A stretch of 64,000 nucleotides of DNA from Candidatus Moraniibacteriota bacterium (GCA_028695135.1 JAQVJM010000004.1:1696-65695); one strand, 5' to 3'; shown: positions 27,338 to 36,829, numbered from the stretch's first letter. Translations and numbers: made by a program. Notes: generated by a model not told the origin, from the letters alone.

Positions 27338-28600
27338 ATGAAAAATGAAATAAAAAAGAACACAATTTTATCCATAGCTTTTTTGCTATTGGTTGCCCTG
27401 GTGCCTTTTCAGATAAAAGGCGTTTTTTCAAATCAGAATTTCAGCTTGGTTCTTGCCGAAGAGGATGCAGATGCGGTCAAAGATGACATTAAGGATCTGG
27501 AAAAGAAGAAAGAAAAAGAGCTCGAAGCCCAGCAACGGTATGAAGGGGATGTCAATAGGCTTCAGGGAGCGGTTTATAGCACGCAAAAAGACATAGAGGC
27601 GACGGAATCCAAAATAGAAACTGCCGAGGAGACTATCAAAAGAAAAGAAAGAGAAGTGGAGATGTTGAATAAGAACATAGAACTGAAGAAATTGACGCTC
27701 AAAAAAATGGTTTGGGAAGTATATTATAATTCGGAGCAACCGCTCCTCTACCTTCTTTTGCGGGAAAACGGTCTTTTTGAGTCTATTACCAGCAAGGATA
27801 ATTTTTTGACCCTGAAAAAAGACATTCTTTTGATAGTTGATGAAATAGAACAAGCCAAAGGAACGATAAAGAAAGAGCAGGAAGAACTGGAGAAGAATAA
27901 AGTAGAGCACGAAGAGCTTTTGTGGGTAAAAGAAGCGCAAAAGAACAATCTTGTGAGCGAAAAGCAGGTTTTTGAGAAGAAAGTGGAAGAAAAAAGGCTT
28001 ACTGTGGCGGAAATCGACGCTAAAATTTCCAAACTGAGAAGCACCCTTTCCAGTTTCCTGGGCGAATCGTTTGATGCCAGCGATATCGTGGAGGCCATAG
28101 AGTTTGCCAGTAAAAAAACAGGAGTGCGCAAGGAGTTCCTGATGGCGATGCTCGATAAGGAGAGCGATCTGGGAAGATTTACGGGAGGGTGTACTTATAA
28201 AAATACAAGAATTAGAGATGAAAATCCTGATGATAAATCAGCTTTTAAGGATATATGTGAAGAGTTGGACTATGATTATAAAAAGATGAAGGTATCATGT
28301 GCTTTAAGTTATGGGTATGGAGGAGCAATGGGTATAGCTCAGTTTATGCCAACAACATGGAATGGTTATCGGGATAGAATTACCAGATACACTGGACATA
28401 ATCCGCCTGATCCATGGGATCTAACAGACGGGGTGGTTGGAATGGCTATTAAGTTGGAGGATGCTGGCGGTGATAAGAAAAGCGGAGAATATAAGGCGGC
28501 AGCTATGTATTATTGTGGAGGAAATTGGAACAGAGATGTTTGTCATAATTATGCTAGCACTGTTATCAGCTGGTCAAGCGGGTATGATGATTATTTTTAA
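27338..28600 (+). CDS. Secreted coiled-coil protein with a C-terminal lytic murein transglycosylase domain
   Basis: Signal peptide, long heptad region, KESDLG and GAMGIAQFMPTTW, PDPWDLTD. Confidence 0.88.
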   Translation: MKNEIKKNTILSIAFLLLVALVPFQIKGVFSNQNFSLVLAEEDADAVKDDIKDLEKKKEKELEAQQRYEGDVNRLQGAVYSTQKDIEATESKIETAEETIKRKEREVEMLNKNIELKKLTLKKMVWEVYYNSEQPLLYLLLRENGLFESITSKDNFLTLKKDILLIVDEIEQAKGTIKKEQEELEKNKVEHEELLWVKEAQKNNLVSEKQVFEKKVEEKRLTVAEIDAKISKLRSTLSSFLGESFDASDIVEAIEFASKKTGVRKEFLMAMLDKESDLGRFTGGCTYKNTRIRDENPDDKSAFKDICEELDYDYKKMKVSCALSYGYGGAMGIAQFMPTTWNGYRDRITRYTGHNPPDPWDLTDGVVGMAIKLEDAGGDKKSGEYKAAAMYYCGGNWNRDVCHNYASTVISWSSGYDDYF

Positions 28601-28675
28601 CAACCCGCAAATTTACCTGTCCGAAATGCTACGCGTATTGTTGCAGGCGGGCAAATCCTTTACAAATCTACAAAT
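28601..28675 (+). repeat. TACAAAT-type element arm interrupted by the same 36-bp insert (copy 2)
   Basis: caacccgcaaattta[CCTGTCCGAAATGCTACGCGTATTGTTGCAGGCGGG]caaatcctttacaaatctacaaat; insert 33/36 identical to copy 1. Confidence 0.85.
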
Positions 28676-28760
28676 TTTTTGGATCAAGGCCTCTCACTAC
28701 TGATTTTTTATTGAGATAAGCATATTGCGCAGTTTAATTTTGTGTGGTATTTTTTATAAG

Positions 28761-28854
28761 CAACCCACGAATTTACAAATCCTTTACAAATTTACAAATT
28801 CTATCGTTAAAAAATAAATTCGTATATTTGCAGTTGGCTTGTAAACTAGCGGAT
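28761..28854. repeat. Uninterrupted TACAAAT-type inverted-repeat element
   Basis: caacccacgaatttacaaatcctttacaaatttacaaat ... attcgtatatttgcagttggcttgtaaactagcggat. Confidence 0.75.
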
Positions 28855-28881
28855 TTTAATTATTTATTTTCTATAAAGAGT

Positions 28882-29949
28882 ATGAAATACGAAAAAGAAT
28901 TTCCCTTGTTCAAAACGAAAATGGAGGGGGTTAATGAAAAGTTCGATTTGTCAAAAACTGAAGATCGATCTAGATATTTTCAAGCCAAGGCCGGCGATGA
29001 AATAGGAAAATTGAAAAATTTTTTTGCTGATGGCAATACTTTCATCGCTTATCTGGTGGCCAAAAAATCTGCCGGAAAGGGAACTTATACCAAATTAATG
29101 AAAGAAATTTTCGGCGATGTGATAGAACATATTTCCGCCGGTGATGTTGTAAGAAACACTTACAAGATTTTTCAGGAAGACTTGCCCGAGAAAGAAGAAA
29201 TTATGAAATATCTGCAGGAAAGATATCGAGGGTATATGTCCCTGGATGATGCCGTGGACGCTTTACTTGGAAAATCCCAGGATAAACTATTGCCTACGGA
29301 ACTTATCCTGACTCTTATCGAAAGAGAGATTGACAAAGTTCCGAGAAAAACTCTGTTTATAGATGGATTGCCTAGAGATATGGATCAAATTTCCTACTCA
29401 TTGTTTTTTAGAAATCTGATCAATTATAGGCAGGATCCGGATTTTTTTGTAGCCATTGATATCCCGGAATCCATAATTGATGAAAGAATGAAATATAGAG
29501 TGGTTTGTCCAATTTGCCAAACGCCAAGAAACACAAAATTATTCGCTACTCAGGATGTCGAATATGACGAAAAGGATAAGAAATTTTATCTGCTTTGCGA
29601 TGAGCATAAAGTTCGCATGATTGGAAAAGAGGGAGATGAAGCCGGAATTGAAAGCATCAGGGAAAGGACGGACAGAGACCAAAATTTGATTGATAAGCTG
29701 TTTGCCATCCACGGAGTCCCCTTGATATTGTTAAGAAACGCCATTCCGGTTGATAAGGCCAAAGATTATGTGGATGACTATGAACTGACGCCTGCTTATT
29801 CTTACAAAGCTGGCAAAAACGGAAAGGTTGAAATAATAGAAAGCCCATGGACGGCTATGGATGACGAAGGTGTCGAAGTCAATTCTTTATTGGCGCCACC
29901 GGTCATCGTTTCTTTGATAAAAAGCCTGGTTAAGGAGTTGAAGCTGTAA
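28882..29949 (+). CDS. Adenylate-kinase-like nucleoside monophosphate kinase, enlarged
   Basis: P-loop AKKSAGKGT, HISAGDVVR, FIDGLPR, lid RVVCPIC...LCDEH; start placed at ATG 28882. Confidence 0.8.
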   Translation: MKYEKEFPLFKTKMEGVNEKFDLSKTEDRSRYFQAKAGDEIGKLKNFFADGNTFIAYLVAKKSAGKGTYTKLMKEIFGDVIEHISAGDVVRNTYKIFQEDLPEKEEIMKYLQERYRGYMSLDDAVDALLGKSQDKLLPTELILTLIEREIDKVPRKTLFIDGLPRDMDQISYSLFFRNLINYRQDPDFFVAIDIPESIIDERMKYRVVCPICQTPRNTKLFATQDVEYDEKDKKFYLLCDEHKVRMIGKEGDEAGIESIRERTDRDQNLIDKLFAIHGVPLILLRNAIPVDKAKDYVDDYELTPAYSYKAGKNGKVEIIESPWTAMDDEGVEVNSLLAPPVIVSLIKSLVKELKL

Positions 29950-30077
29950 ATCCCGATGGAATATTGGAATGATTTACTATCGCTTTACATATATTTGCGA
30001 AGGCAGGATTTGATCCCGCCTTCTTTTTTCAGGTCAAACCCGTCTATCTTTTAAAAGGTTCGCGGTTATTTTTTTAT

Positions 30078-30103
30078 GACGTAAGTACGTACATACTTAC
30101 GTC
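30078..30103. repeat. REP-like hairpin, same family as 14629-14662
   Basis: GACGTAAGTA-cgtaca-TACTTACGTC. Confidence 0.75.
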
Positions 30104-30196
30104 CGCTTCTCTTATTGACTTATGCTCCATTTATATTTACGATAGATGATAGTTGAATACTTGAGGGAAGGAGGAAGCTGAAAAAAGGAGTGTAAT

Positions 30197-30367
30197 ATGG
30201 AAAGTGCAGACGGAAAAAGAGGGGGGATGGTTATGAAAAAACGTTTTTTCAGGATCAGGAAGAAAAGCGGAGAGAAGAGAGATATTCTTCTGGTAGAAGA
30301 TTACTACATCAAAAGTCTTGTCGAAAGATTTTTTGAGCTATCTTCTTGCCCTGTTACTTTCCACTGA
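30197..30367 (+). CDS. Small hypothetical protein (56 aa, below the ORF-track cutoff)
   Basis: Promoter TTGACT-17-TACGAT (30115-30143), SD AAGGAG, ORF MESADGKRGGMVMKKRFF...CPVTFH, downstream hairpin GAGGAAGC/GCTTCCTC. Confidence 0.55.
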   Translation: MESADGKRGGMVMKKRFFRIRKKSGEKRDILLVEDYYIKSLVERFFELSSCPVTFH

Positions 30368-30435
30368 AAAATGTCATCCGAGGAAGCTGGAAACGGCCGG
30401 CTTCCTCAAAAATTTATCAAATCTGAAATTTTTTT

Positions 30436-31140
30436 ATGAAAAATAGTTTACCCAACCATATTGCGATAATTCCGGACGGCAACCGGCGTTGGGCAAAAAA
30501 GAAAGGCCTGAAACCTTGGGATGGCCATGAGGAGGGGGCAAAGAAGATAGAAGAGCTTGCCAGGGCGGCGCTTAATATGAAGATAAGAAACATATCCTTT
30601 TGGGGATCATCCCTGGGGAATCTGGAAAGAAGGCCGCTTAAGGAAAAAAGGGCGCTTCTCGGAATTTATGAGAGGTATTTCAGGAAGCTTATCGACAGCA
30701 AGGAGGTCCATGATAATGAGGCAAGGATAAATGTGATCGGGCGCTGGAGAGAATATTTCCCGGAAAAACTGAAAAAAATATTGGAAGAAGGGATAGAAAG
30801 GACCAAAAATTACAAGAAGTTCACTTTGAATTTTTTCCTGGCTTATAGCGGAGACGATGAGATGCTGGAAGCGGTTAAAAAAATCGTTAATAAATTCAGA
30901 GAAGAAGCTGAGATAACCAGAAAGACCATAAAAGAAAATTTGATGACCAAGGATCTGCCGGCAGTAGATCTGCTCATAAGGACGGGCGGAGATCCTCATC
31001 TTTCAGCCGGATTTATGATGTGGGATATTGCGGACGCGCAGTTGTATTTTTCCGATGAATTTTTTCCTGAATTCGGCGCTGAAAGATTAAAAGAGGCCGT
31101 TGAAGATTATAAAAAAAGAGAAAGAAGGATGGGAAAATGA
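30436..31140 (+). CDS. uppS: Undecaprenyl diphosphate synthase
   Basis: HIAIIPDGNRRWA, DLLIRTGG, ERRMGK. Confidence 0.95.
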   Translation: MKNSLPNHIAIIPDGNRRWAKKKGLKPWDGHEEGAKKIEELARAALNMKIRNISFWGSSLGNLERRPLKEKRALLGIYERYFRKLIDSKEVHDNEARINVIGRWREYFPEKLKKILEEGIERTKNYKKFTLNFFLAYSGDDEMLEAVKKIVNKFREEAEITRKTIKENLMTKDLPAVDLLIRTGGDPHLSAGFMMWDIADAQLYFSDEFFPEFGAERLKEAVEDYKKRERRMGK

Positions 31141-31271
31141 TCGATTTGAAAAATTTGTGAATAAAAAAATAACAAACAATCATTTGACGCAAGGAGATCT
31201 CATTGCCATATTGCGTAATATGGCAATGAAGGGTTCCTCTGGGACTTGCTTATTAAATTAAAACAAAAATT

Positions 31272-32411
31272 ATGCCATACAAAAAATTAACTTTTTTTCT
31301 CCTGATATTTTCGGCGATATTTTTTTCCGGAAAAGTTTTTGCGTCCCAGGAGAACGTGGATCTTTATCTTTTTTCGGCCGAGGGATGCGCTCATTGCCGG
31401 GACGAGAAAGTTTTTTTGGAAAAAATGGAAGATAAATACGAGAATATTTCCGTTTACGAGTTTGAAATAACCAAGAGCGAGAAAAATAGGAGGATATTCC
31501 AAGAGACGTTAGAAAAGCTGGGAACAAAAAGCAACGGGGTTCCTTTTACCGTGATAGGAGATAAATATTTTATAGGATTCGGCAGTGAAGAAACCACTGG
31601 AAAGCTTATAGAAGAAGCTATTTTGGATGAGATTTCCAATGGTAAAAACGGATTTCAGGATATGGGGAAAATAGATCTTCCGATTTTGGGGGAAGTTGAT
31701 GCTAAAAAAATGTCCCTGCCGGTATTGACTGTCATTGTGGGAGGCTTGGACGGTTTTAATCCCTGCGCTATGTGGGTCTTGGTGTTTTTGATAGGTTTGC
31801 TTTTGGGAATGAAAGATAGAAAAAGAATGTGGATTTTCGGGAGCGCTTTTATAATTTCTTCTTCATTGGTCTATTTCCTCTTTATGTCAGCTTGGCTCAA
31901 TCTTTTCTTATTTTTAGGCGTTATATTATGGGTAAGGCTGATTATTGCCGGAGTAGCTTTTTTTAGCGGGGGGTATTATTTGAGAGATTTCTACGTTAAT
32001 AAAGAAGGGGAGTGTAAGGTTGAAGGAGGGGGAAAGAAGAAAAAAGTTTTTGAAAAACTGCGCGAAATAATCCATGAAAGGAATTTCTTTCTGGCTCTCG
32101 CCGGAATCATAATGCTGGCTTTTGCAGTCAATCTGGTGGAGCTTATCTGCTCGGCCGGACTTCCTGCCGTGTATACCCAGGTTCTGGCTCTTAGTAATTT
32201 GCCTGCCTGGCAGTATTACGCTTATATTTTTCTCTATGTCTTTTTCTTTATGCTAGATGACCTGGCGGTATTCGTACTGGCTATGATTACCTTGAAACAT
32301 ATAGGAATTTCCGGAAAATATAGCCGGTATTCCCGCTTGATAGGAGGAATCCTGATGCTGATTTTGGGATATCTTCTTATTTTTCATCCCCAATGGCTTA
32401 TGTTCGGATAG
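31272..32411 (+). CDS. Thioredoxin/glutaredoxin-like domain fused to a DsbD/CcdA-like membrane domain
   Basis: CAHC, GVPFT, then LDGFNPCAMWVL and VELICSAGLP TM cysteines. Confidence 0.85.
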   Translation: MPYKKLTFFLLIFSAIFFSGKVFASQENVDLYLFSAEGCAHCRDEKVFLEKMEDKYENISVYEFEITKSEKNRRIFQETLEKLGTKSNGVPFTVIGDKYFIGFGSEETTGKLIEEAILDEISNGKNGFQDMGKIDLPILGEVDAKKMSLPVLTVIVGGLDGFNPCAMWVLVFLIGLLLGMKDRKRMWIFGSAFIISSSLVYFLFMSAWLNLFLFLGVILWVRLIIAGVAFFSGGYYLRDFYVNKEGECKVEGGGKKKKVFEKLREIIHERNFFLALAGIIMLAFAVNLVELICSAGLPAVYTQVLALSNLPAWQYYAYIFLYVFFFMLDDLAVFVLAMITLKHIGISGKYSRYSRLIGGILMLILGYLLIFHPQWLMFG

Positions 32412-32506
32412 ATCTCCTTTGGCGGGTTTGCAAGCGTTTTTTAAAAATTATATAATTGTATAGAAGCAAGGCTTGATATTCTAATTTTTGTTAGGATTAT
32501 CCAAAT

Positions 32507-33190
32507 ATGGAAGAAGGCGGAGAAAAAAAGAAAAAGAAAAAAAGAAAAATTATTATACCGATAATAATTCTTTTGAGTTTGTTTCTTATGGGAGCGGTTT
32601 TTATCCTCAAAAATGAAGGCGAAGATGAGCAGGCAGAAGATTTGACAATAGAGGAGAGCTCTGTAGGGGCGGTTTCCGAATCGCCTAAGGCTGGCGGAGA
32701 AATTTTTGAAGATTCTGAAGAGACTTCCGCAAAAGATTTATCGGGAATGTCTCAAAGCGAAAATTATAAGATAAATCAGATAAGATTCGGAGGAAGCGTG
32801 GCTTTGGCAGACGAGCAAGAGAGGGGGCTCGCTTTGGAATTGTCAGATATAAAAAGCGAGATGGTCATTTCCAGGGAAAATGAAGAGCCGAAATTTCTTT
32901 TGTCATGGAAAACCAATAAGGCATCCGTTTCAGAAGTGGTTTATGCAAAAGATGATGGAGGCGATATGAAAACCTTCAGGGAAAGCGACTATGGCCTTGA
33001 ACATAGCGTTTCCTTGTCGGATATGGAGCTATCCACTATTTATATCTATAAAATAACCGCCAAAGACAGGTGGGGAAATGAAAAGGTTTCGGATTATTTC
33101 AGCATGTACACGGGAGAAAAAGACGCATCCATATTCGACTTAATAGTAAATTCGATCGAGGAAACTTTCTCTTGGGCGCTGAAAAAATAA
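32507..33190 (+). CDS. Membrane-anchored fibronectin type III-like protein
   Basis: Basic N-terminus plus TM; SWKTNK..S.V.Y, HSVSLSDM..STIYIYKI.AKD.WGN. Confidence 0.75.
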   Translation: MEEGGEKKKKKKRKIIIPIIILLSLFLMGAVFILKNEGEDEQAEDLTIEESSVGAVSESPKAGGEIFEDSEETSAKDLSGMSQSENYKINQIRFGGSVALADEQERGLALELSDIKSEMVISRENEEPKFLLSWKTNKASVSEVVYAKDDGGDMKTFRESDYGLEHSVSLSDMELSTIYIYKITAKDRWGNEKVSDYFSMYTGEKDASIFDLIVNSIEETFSWALKK

Positions 33191-33325
33191 TTCTATTTTC
33201 CGGCATATTTTAAAAAAATGTTAAACCAGAAAATAAGTTATTTATAAAATTTGTTTCCGTTCTTGTATGAATTTCGAAATTTTTTAAATAGAATGCGTTT
33301 TGAGAGCAAATTTAAGGTTTAGAGG

Positions 33326-33353
33326 TTGACAAAAAAAAGATATCTGCTAGTAT
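33326..33353 (+). promoter_or_regulatory. sigma70 promoter of the infA/ribosomal cluster
   Basis: TTGACA-16 nt-TAGTAT with a TG extension. Confidence 0.65.
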
Positions 33354-33493
33354 GGATAAGCATTATAGTATGTAGATTAAAATTAAATAAAATATAAGCA
33401 AATAGAGGTTTATTCTGGAATTCAAGCATTAGGAATGAAACGTTAATAAAAAATTAACTCCTCTATTTTTGTATTGGAGCATATAATAAAAAA

Positions 33494-33712
33494 ATGACCC
33501 AGAACAAAGAATTAATAAAAGTTGAGGGAGTTGTGCTCGAAACTCTTCCCAGCACCACTTTCAAGGTAAGATTGGAAAACGGCCATGAAGTTTTGGCGCA
33601 TATTTCGGGAAGAATGAGAGTGAACTACATAAAACTTCTTCCAGGAGATAAGGTGGAGATGGAGATGAGCCCTTATGATTTGACCAGAGGAAGGATAACC
33701 AAAAGACTGTAG
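33494..33712 (+). CDS. infA: Translation initiation factor IF-1
   Basis: [28 protein letters not shown]. Confidence 0.98.
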   Translation: MTQNKELIKVEGVVLETLPSTTFKVRLENGHEVLAHISGRMRVNYIKLLPGDKVEMEMSPYDLTRGRITKRL

Positions 33713-33715
33713 CCT

Positions 33716-33861
33716 TTATGAAGTACGAATTTTAAGAATGTACGAATTAGGCGATAAATAATTTTAAGTTGGATTCTTATGATAATTTATATTGATTGGA
33801 TAAATAAAGAATTACATAGCTTATGATATTCGTAATTTCGTATAAGTTCGTAATTCGTAGA
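33716..33861. repeat. Inverted TACGAA/TTCGTA periodic repeat in the infA-rpmJ spacer
   Basis: ttatgaagtacgaattttaagaatgtacgaatt ... attcgtaatttcgtataagttcgtaattcgtag. Confidence 0.75.
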
Positions 33862-33868
33862 GATTAAC

Positions 33869-33982
33869 ATGAAAGTAAGAACATCAGTTAAAAAAATGTG
33901 CGCCCGATGTAAGATTGTCAGGCGAAAAGGAAAAATATATGTCCTATGCGTTAATCCTAAGCATAAGCAAAGGCAGGGATAA
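33869..33982 (+). CDS. rpmJ: 50S ribosomal protein L36 (not in the ORF track)
   Basis: Manual translation [37 protein letters not shown]. Confidence 0.98.
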   Translation: MKVRTSVKKMCARCKIVRRKGKIYVLCVNPKHKQRQG

Positions 33983-34006
33983 TTTTTTTGATTGATTATT
34001 TTTCAT

Positions 34007-34462
34007 ATGACTGGAGAAAAAAAGATCGTGAAAGAAGATATTAAAAAAGAGGCGGATTCCGTCAAGGAAGCGGAACTTCTTCAGGTTTCTTCCAAGGCGA
34101 GTAAATCAAAGAGAAGTATCTTTAAAGGGCAGGCTCACATTCAATGCACTTACAATAACACCATGATTACTGTAAGCGATATGAATGGGGCGGTTTTGGG
34201 ATGGTCCAGCGCCGGACTCTTGGGATTTAAGGGAGCTAAAAAATCCACTCCCTATGCTGCTACGAGAGTAGCCGCCGATGTTTCTGAAAAAGTAAAAAAA
34301 TATAATCTGAAAGAATTGATGATATTTATAAAAGGAGTGGGCGGAGGACGGGAGTCTTCTATAAGAGGTTTGGCCGGAGCCGGGTTTGATATTTCTTTGA
34401 TAAAAGATATCACCCCGATTCCTCATAACGGTTGCAGAAGGAGAAAACCTCGCAGGGTGTAA
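34007..34462 (+). CDS. rpsK: 30S ribosomal protein S11
   Basis: HIQCTYNNT, GFKGAKKSTPYAA, DITPIPHNGCR. Confidence 0.98.
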   Translation: MTGEKKIVKEDIKKEADSVKEAELLQVSSKASKSKRSIFKGQAHIQCTYNNTMITVSDMNGAVLGWSSAGLLGFKGAKKSTPYAATRVAADVSEKVKKYNLKELMIFIKGVGGGRESSIRGLAGAGFDISLIKDITPIPHNGCRRRKPRRV

Positions 34463-34558
34463 TAAAGTAGTAAGCGCAAAGTAGAAGGTAGGAAGCGGAA
34501 TAGGCATAAAAATATAAAAAATATGCTTGACCCATACTACTTACTACTCGCTACATAA
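34463..34558. repeat. Inverted 7-mer repeat in the rpsK-rpsM spacer
   Basis: taaagtag taagcgc aaagtag aaggtag gaagcgg ... catacta cttacta ctcgcta cata. Confidence 0.7.
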
Positions 34559-34562
34559 ATAT

Positions 34563-34949
34563 ATGGCAAGAATAGTCGGAGTAAACATACCGGATGAAAA
34601 AAGAATGGAGATAGCTCTAACATATATTTTTGGCATTGGCAGAGCGTTGAGCGGAAAGATTTTATATAAGTTGAATATCGATAAAGACACTTTGGCCAAG
34701 GATCTCACAACAGAAGAGATCAACAATCTGAAAAACGAGATAGAAAAGAATTATAAAATTGAAGGAGAGCTGAAGCATGAAGTCAGAATGAACATAAGAA
34801 GGTTGAAGGAGATAGGATGCTATAGGGGCTTGAGGCACCAAAAGGGTCTTCCCGCAAGAGGACAAAGGACCAAAACCAACACCAGGACGGTGAGGGGAAA
34901 TGTCCGAAAAACTATGGGAAGCGGGAAACGATCAGTTGAGAAGACGTAA
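34563..34949 (+). CDS. rpsM: 30S ribosomal protein S13
   Basis: [37 protein letters not shown]. Confidence 0.98.
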   Translation: MARIVGVNIPDEKRMEIALTYIFGIGRALSGKILYKLNIDKDTLAKDLTTEEINNLKNEIEKNYKIEGELKHEVRMNIRRLKEIGCYRGLRHQKGLPARGQRTKTNTRTVRGNVRKTMGSGKRSVEKT

Positions 34950-35027
34950 TATCCGAATTGGAATTCAAATTTTTTCATCTTAATTCATTCGAAAAAATTC
35001 GTATATAATTAGAACCAAAATTAGCAT

Positions 35028-35660
35028 ATGGCGACAGATTTAAATCCAAAATGCAAAAAATGCAGAAGAGCCGGAGAAAAACTTTTTCTCAAAGGAGAGC
35101 GTTGCAATACGCCCAAATGCGGAGTGATAAGGAAGGCTTATGCGCCCGGAATGCATGGAAGCAAGATGGGGAGGGCTTTGAGCGAATATGGAAAACAGCT
35201 TGAAATGAAACAGAGGATAAAGCGTATTTACGGCGTTATGGAAAGGCAGTTTAGAAAACATTTTGAGGAAGCTAGCAGAAAGCAGGGAGTAACCGGCAAT
35301 CTTTTAATGATGCGTTTGGAGATGAGATTGGACAATGTCGTTTTTAGATTGGGACTGGCGGATTCAAGAAAAGCGGCCAGGCAGATCGTAGGCCATGGCT
35401 CCATTGTTCTGAATGGCAAGAAAGCCAGCATACCTTCGATGAAAGTTAAAATAGGGGATGTTTTGGGGATAAATGTTTCCAAAAAAGATAAAAGATATTT
35501 TCAGGAAAGAGCCAAGATGATGAAAAGAAGCAAAGATATTCCTTCTTGGATAGCGCTTGATCCTTCTAAAATTGAGGGAAGGATTCTTTCTGAACCTGAT
35601 GTTGAAAGCATAGGAGTGAATGTTGATCCTCAGTTGGTAGTAGAATATTATTCGAGATAA
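35028..35660 (+). CDS. rpsD: 30S ribosomal protein S4
   Basis: CKKCRRAGEKLFLKGERC, LEMRLDNVVFRLG, VVEYYSR. Confidence 0.98.
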   Translation: MATDLNPKCKKCRRAGEKLFLKGERCNTPKCGVIRKAYAPGMHGSKMGRALSEYGKQLEMKQRIKRIYGVMERQFRKHFEEASRKQGVTGNLLMMRLEMRLDNVVFRLGLADSRKAARQIVGHGSIVLNGKKASIPSMKVKIGDVLGINVSKKDKRYFQERAKMMKRSKDIPSWIALDPSKIEGRILSEPDVESIGVNVDPQLVVEYYSR

Positions 35661-35730
35661 AATATATATTAATTTATTTATATTTGATAGGCCTAAAATC
35701 TTCGGCCTATCAGTTGGATAACAAAAAAAT

Positions 35731-36717
35731 ATGCAATCAATAACCCTCCCTAAAAAATCTAAATTCATGGAAACCGGAGAAAACAGCGGAAAGTTTATCA
35801 TAGAGGACTGTTATCCCGGATACGGAACAACCTTGGGGAATTCTCTTCGCAGAGTGATTCTTTCTTCTTTGGATGGAGCGGCGGTTACTGCCATAAAGAT
35901 AAAAGGAGTTTCTCATGAATTTTCCACCATAGAGGGAATTTTAGAGGACGTGGTCCAGATAATTTTAAACGTCAAAAAAATAAGATTTAAATTTTTTGGA
36001 GAAGAACCGGTAAGACTCTCTCTTTCCTTTAAGGGAAAAGGGGAAATAACCGCTAAAGAAATAAAATGCACTTCCGATATTGAGGTGGTAAACAAAGATT
36101 TGATTATTGCTACCGCCACTTCCGCCAAATCTTCTTTGGATATGGAATTGGAAGTTGCTCGGGGATTGGGATATGTACCAGTTGATCAGCAGGAAAAAAG
36201 AGAAGAGATAGGATGGATAAATATAGATTCTATCTATACTCCCATTAAAAGAGTGAATTACGAGATTGAGAACATGCGAGTCGGGAAAAGAACCGATTTT
36301 GACAGGATCATATTGGAAATTGTTACAGACGGAAGCATTGATCCTAAGGAGGCTTTTGAAAAATCGGTCAAGATATTGGTTAAGCAGTTTTCGGTTTTAT
36401 CGGAAGGAGTGGATGATTCCCTGGATGAGGGAGAAGATGAGCGAGCCGGAGAGTATGAGGCTATTTTAAATGAGGAAGAAGAAGCCGTGTCAGACGAAAG
36501 CGGATATGAGGACATTGAAGAATTGAGCGTAGAGGAATTAAAAGGACTTTCCACAAGGACGATCAACGCTTTGAAGGATAATAAGATTAAAAAAGTCAAA
36601 GGAATTATTAAATTAACCAATGAGGATCTTGAGCAATTAGAAGGTATGGGAGAGAAAGGGATAAAAGAGATTAAAAAATCTCTGGGCAGCCTAGGACTGA
36701 TATTGAAGAATAAATAA
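35731..36717 (+). CDS. rpoA: RNA polymerase alpha subunit
   Basis: GYGTTLGNSLRRVILSS, HEFSTIEG, RVGKRTDFD, alpha-CTD LSTRTINAL. Confidence 0.98.
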   Translation: MQSITLPKKSKFMETGENSGKFIIEDCYPGYGTTLGNSLRRVILSSLDGAAVTAIKIKGVSHEFSTIEGILEDVVQIILNVKKIRFKFFGEEPVRLSLSFKGKGEITAKEIKCTSDIEVVNKDLIIATATSAKSSLDMELEVARGLGYVPVDQQEKREEIGWINIDSIYTPIKRVNYEIENMRVGKRTDFDRIILEIVTDGSIDPKEAFEKSVKILVKQFSVLSEGVDDSLDEGEDERAGEYEAILNEEEEAVSDESGYEDIEELSVEELKGLSTRTINALKDNKIKKVKGIIKLTNEDLEQLEGMGEKGIKEIKKSLGSLGLILKNK

Positions 36718-36829
36718 TCGAAAGATCCGAAGATGTTCCGATGTTGTTATGTGTTATGATTTCGTAAATATCGGAAGCGAATATTCGGAAAAATTATAAC
36801 GATGCAACAGTCGGAACAGTTACAATAAT

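Noticed and set aside
28190-28600. Apparent compositional shift at the 3' end of the transglycosylase gene (also 24240-24700 and 53420-54480), suggesting domain swaps
   Set aside because: Only an impression by eye; it needs codon or k-mer statistics that I cannot run.
28744-28881. N-terminal extensions in the ORF track (also 2651, 12255, 34527, 58574, 61158)
   Set aside because: They translate repeat or intergenic DNA; downstream ATGs match the family N-termini better.
31200-31230. Palindrome TCATTGCCATATT-gcgt-AATATGGCAATGA upstream of the thioredoxin-like gene
   Set aside because: Single copy in the window; operator, terminator and REP cannot be told apart, so no call was made.
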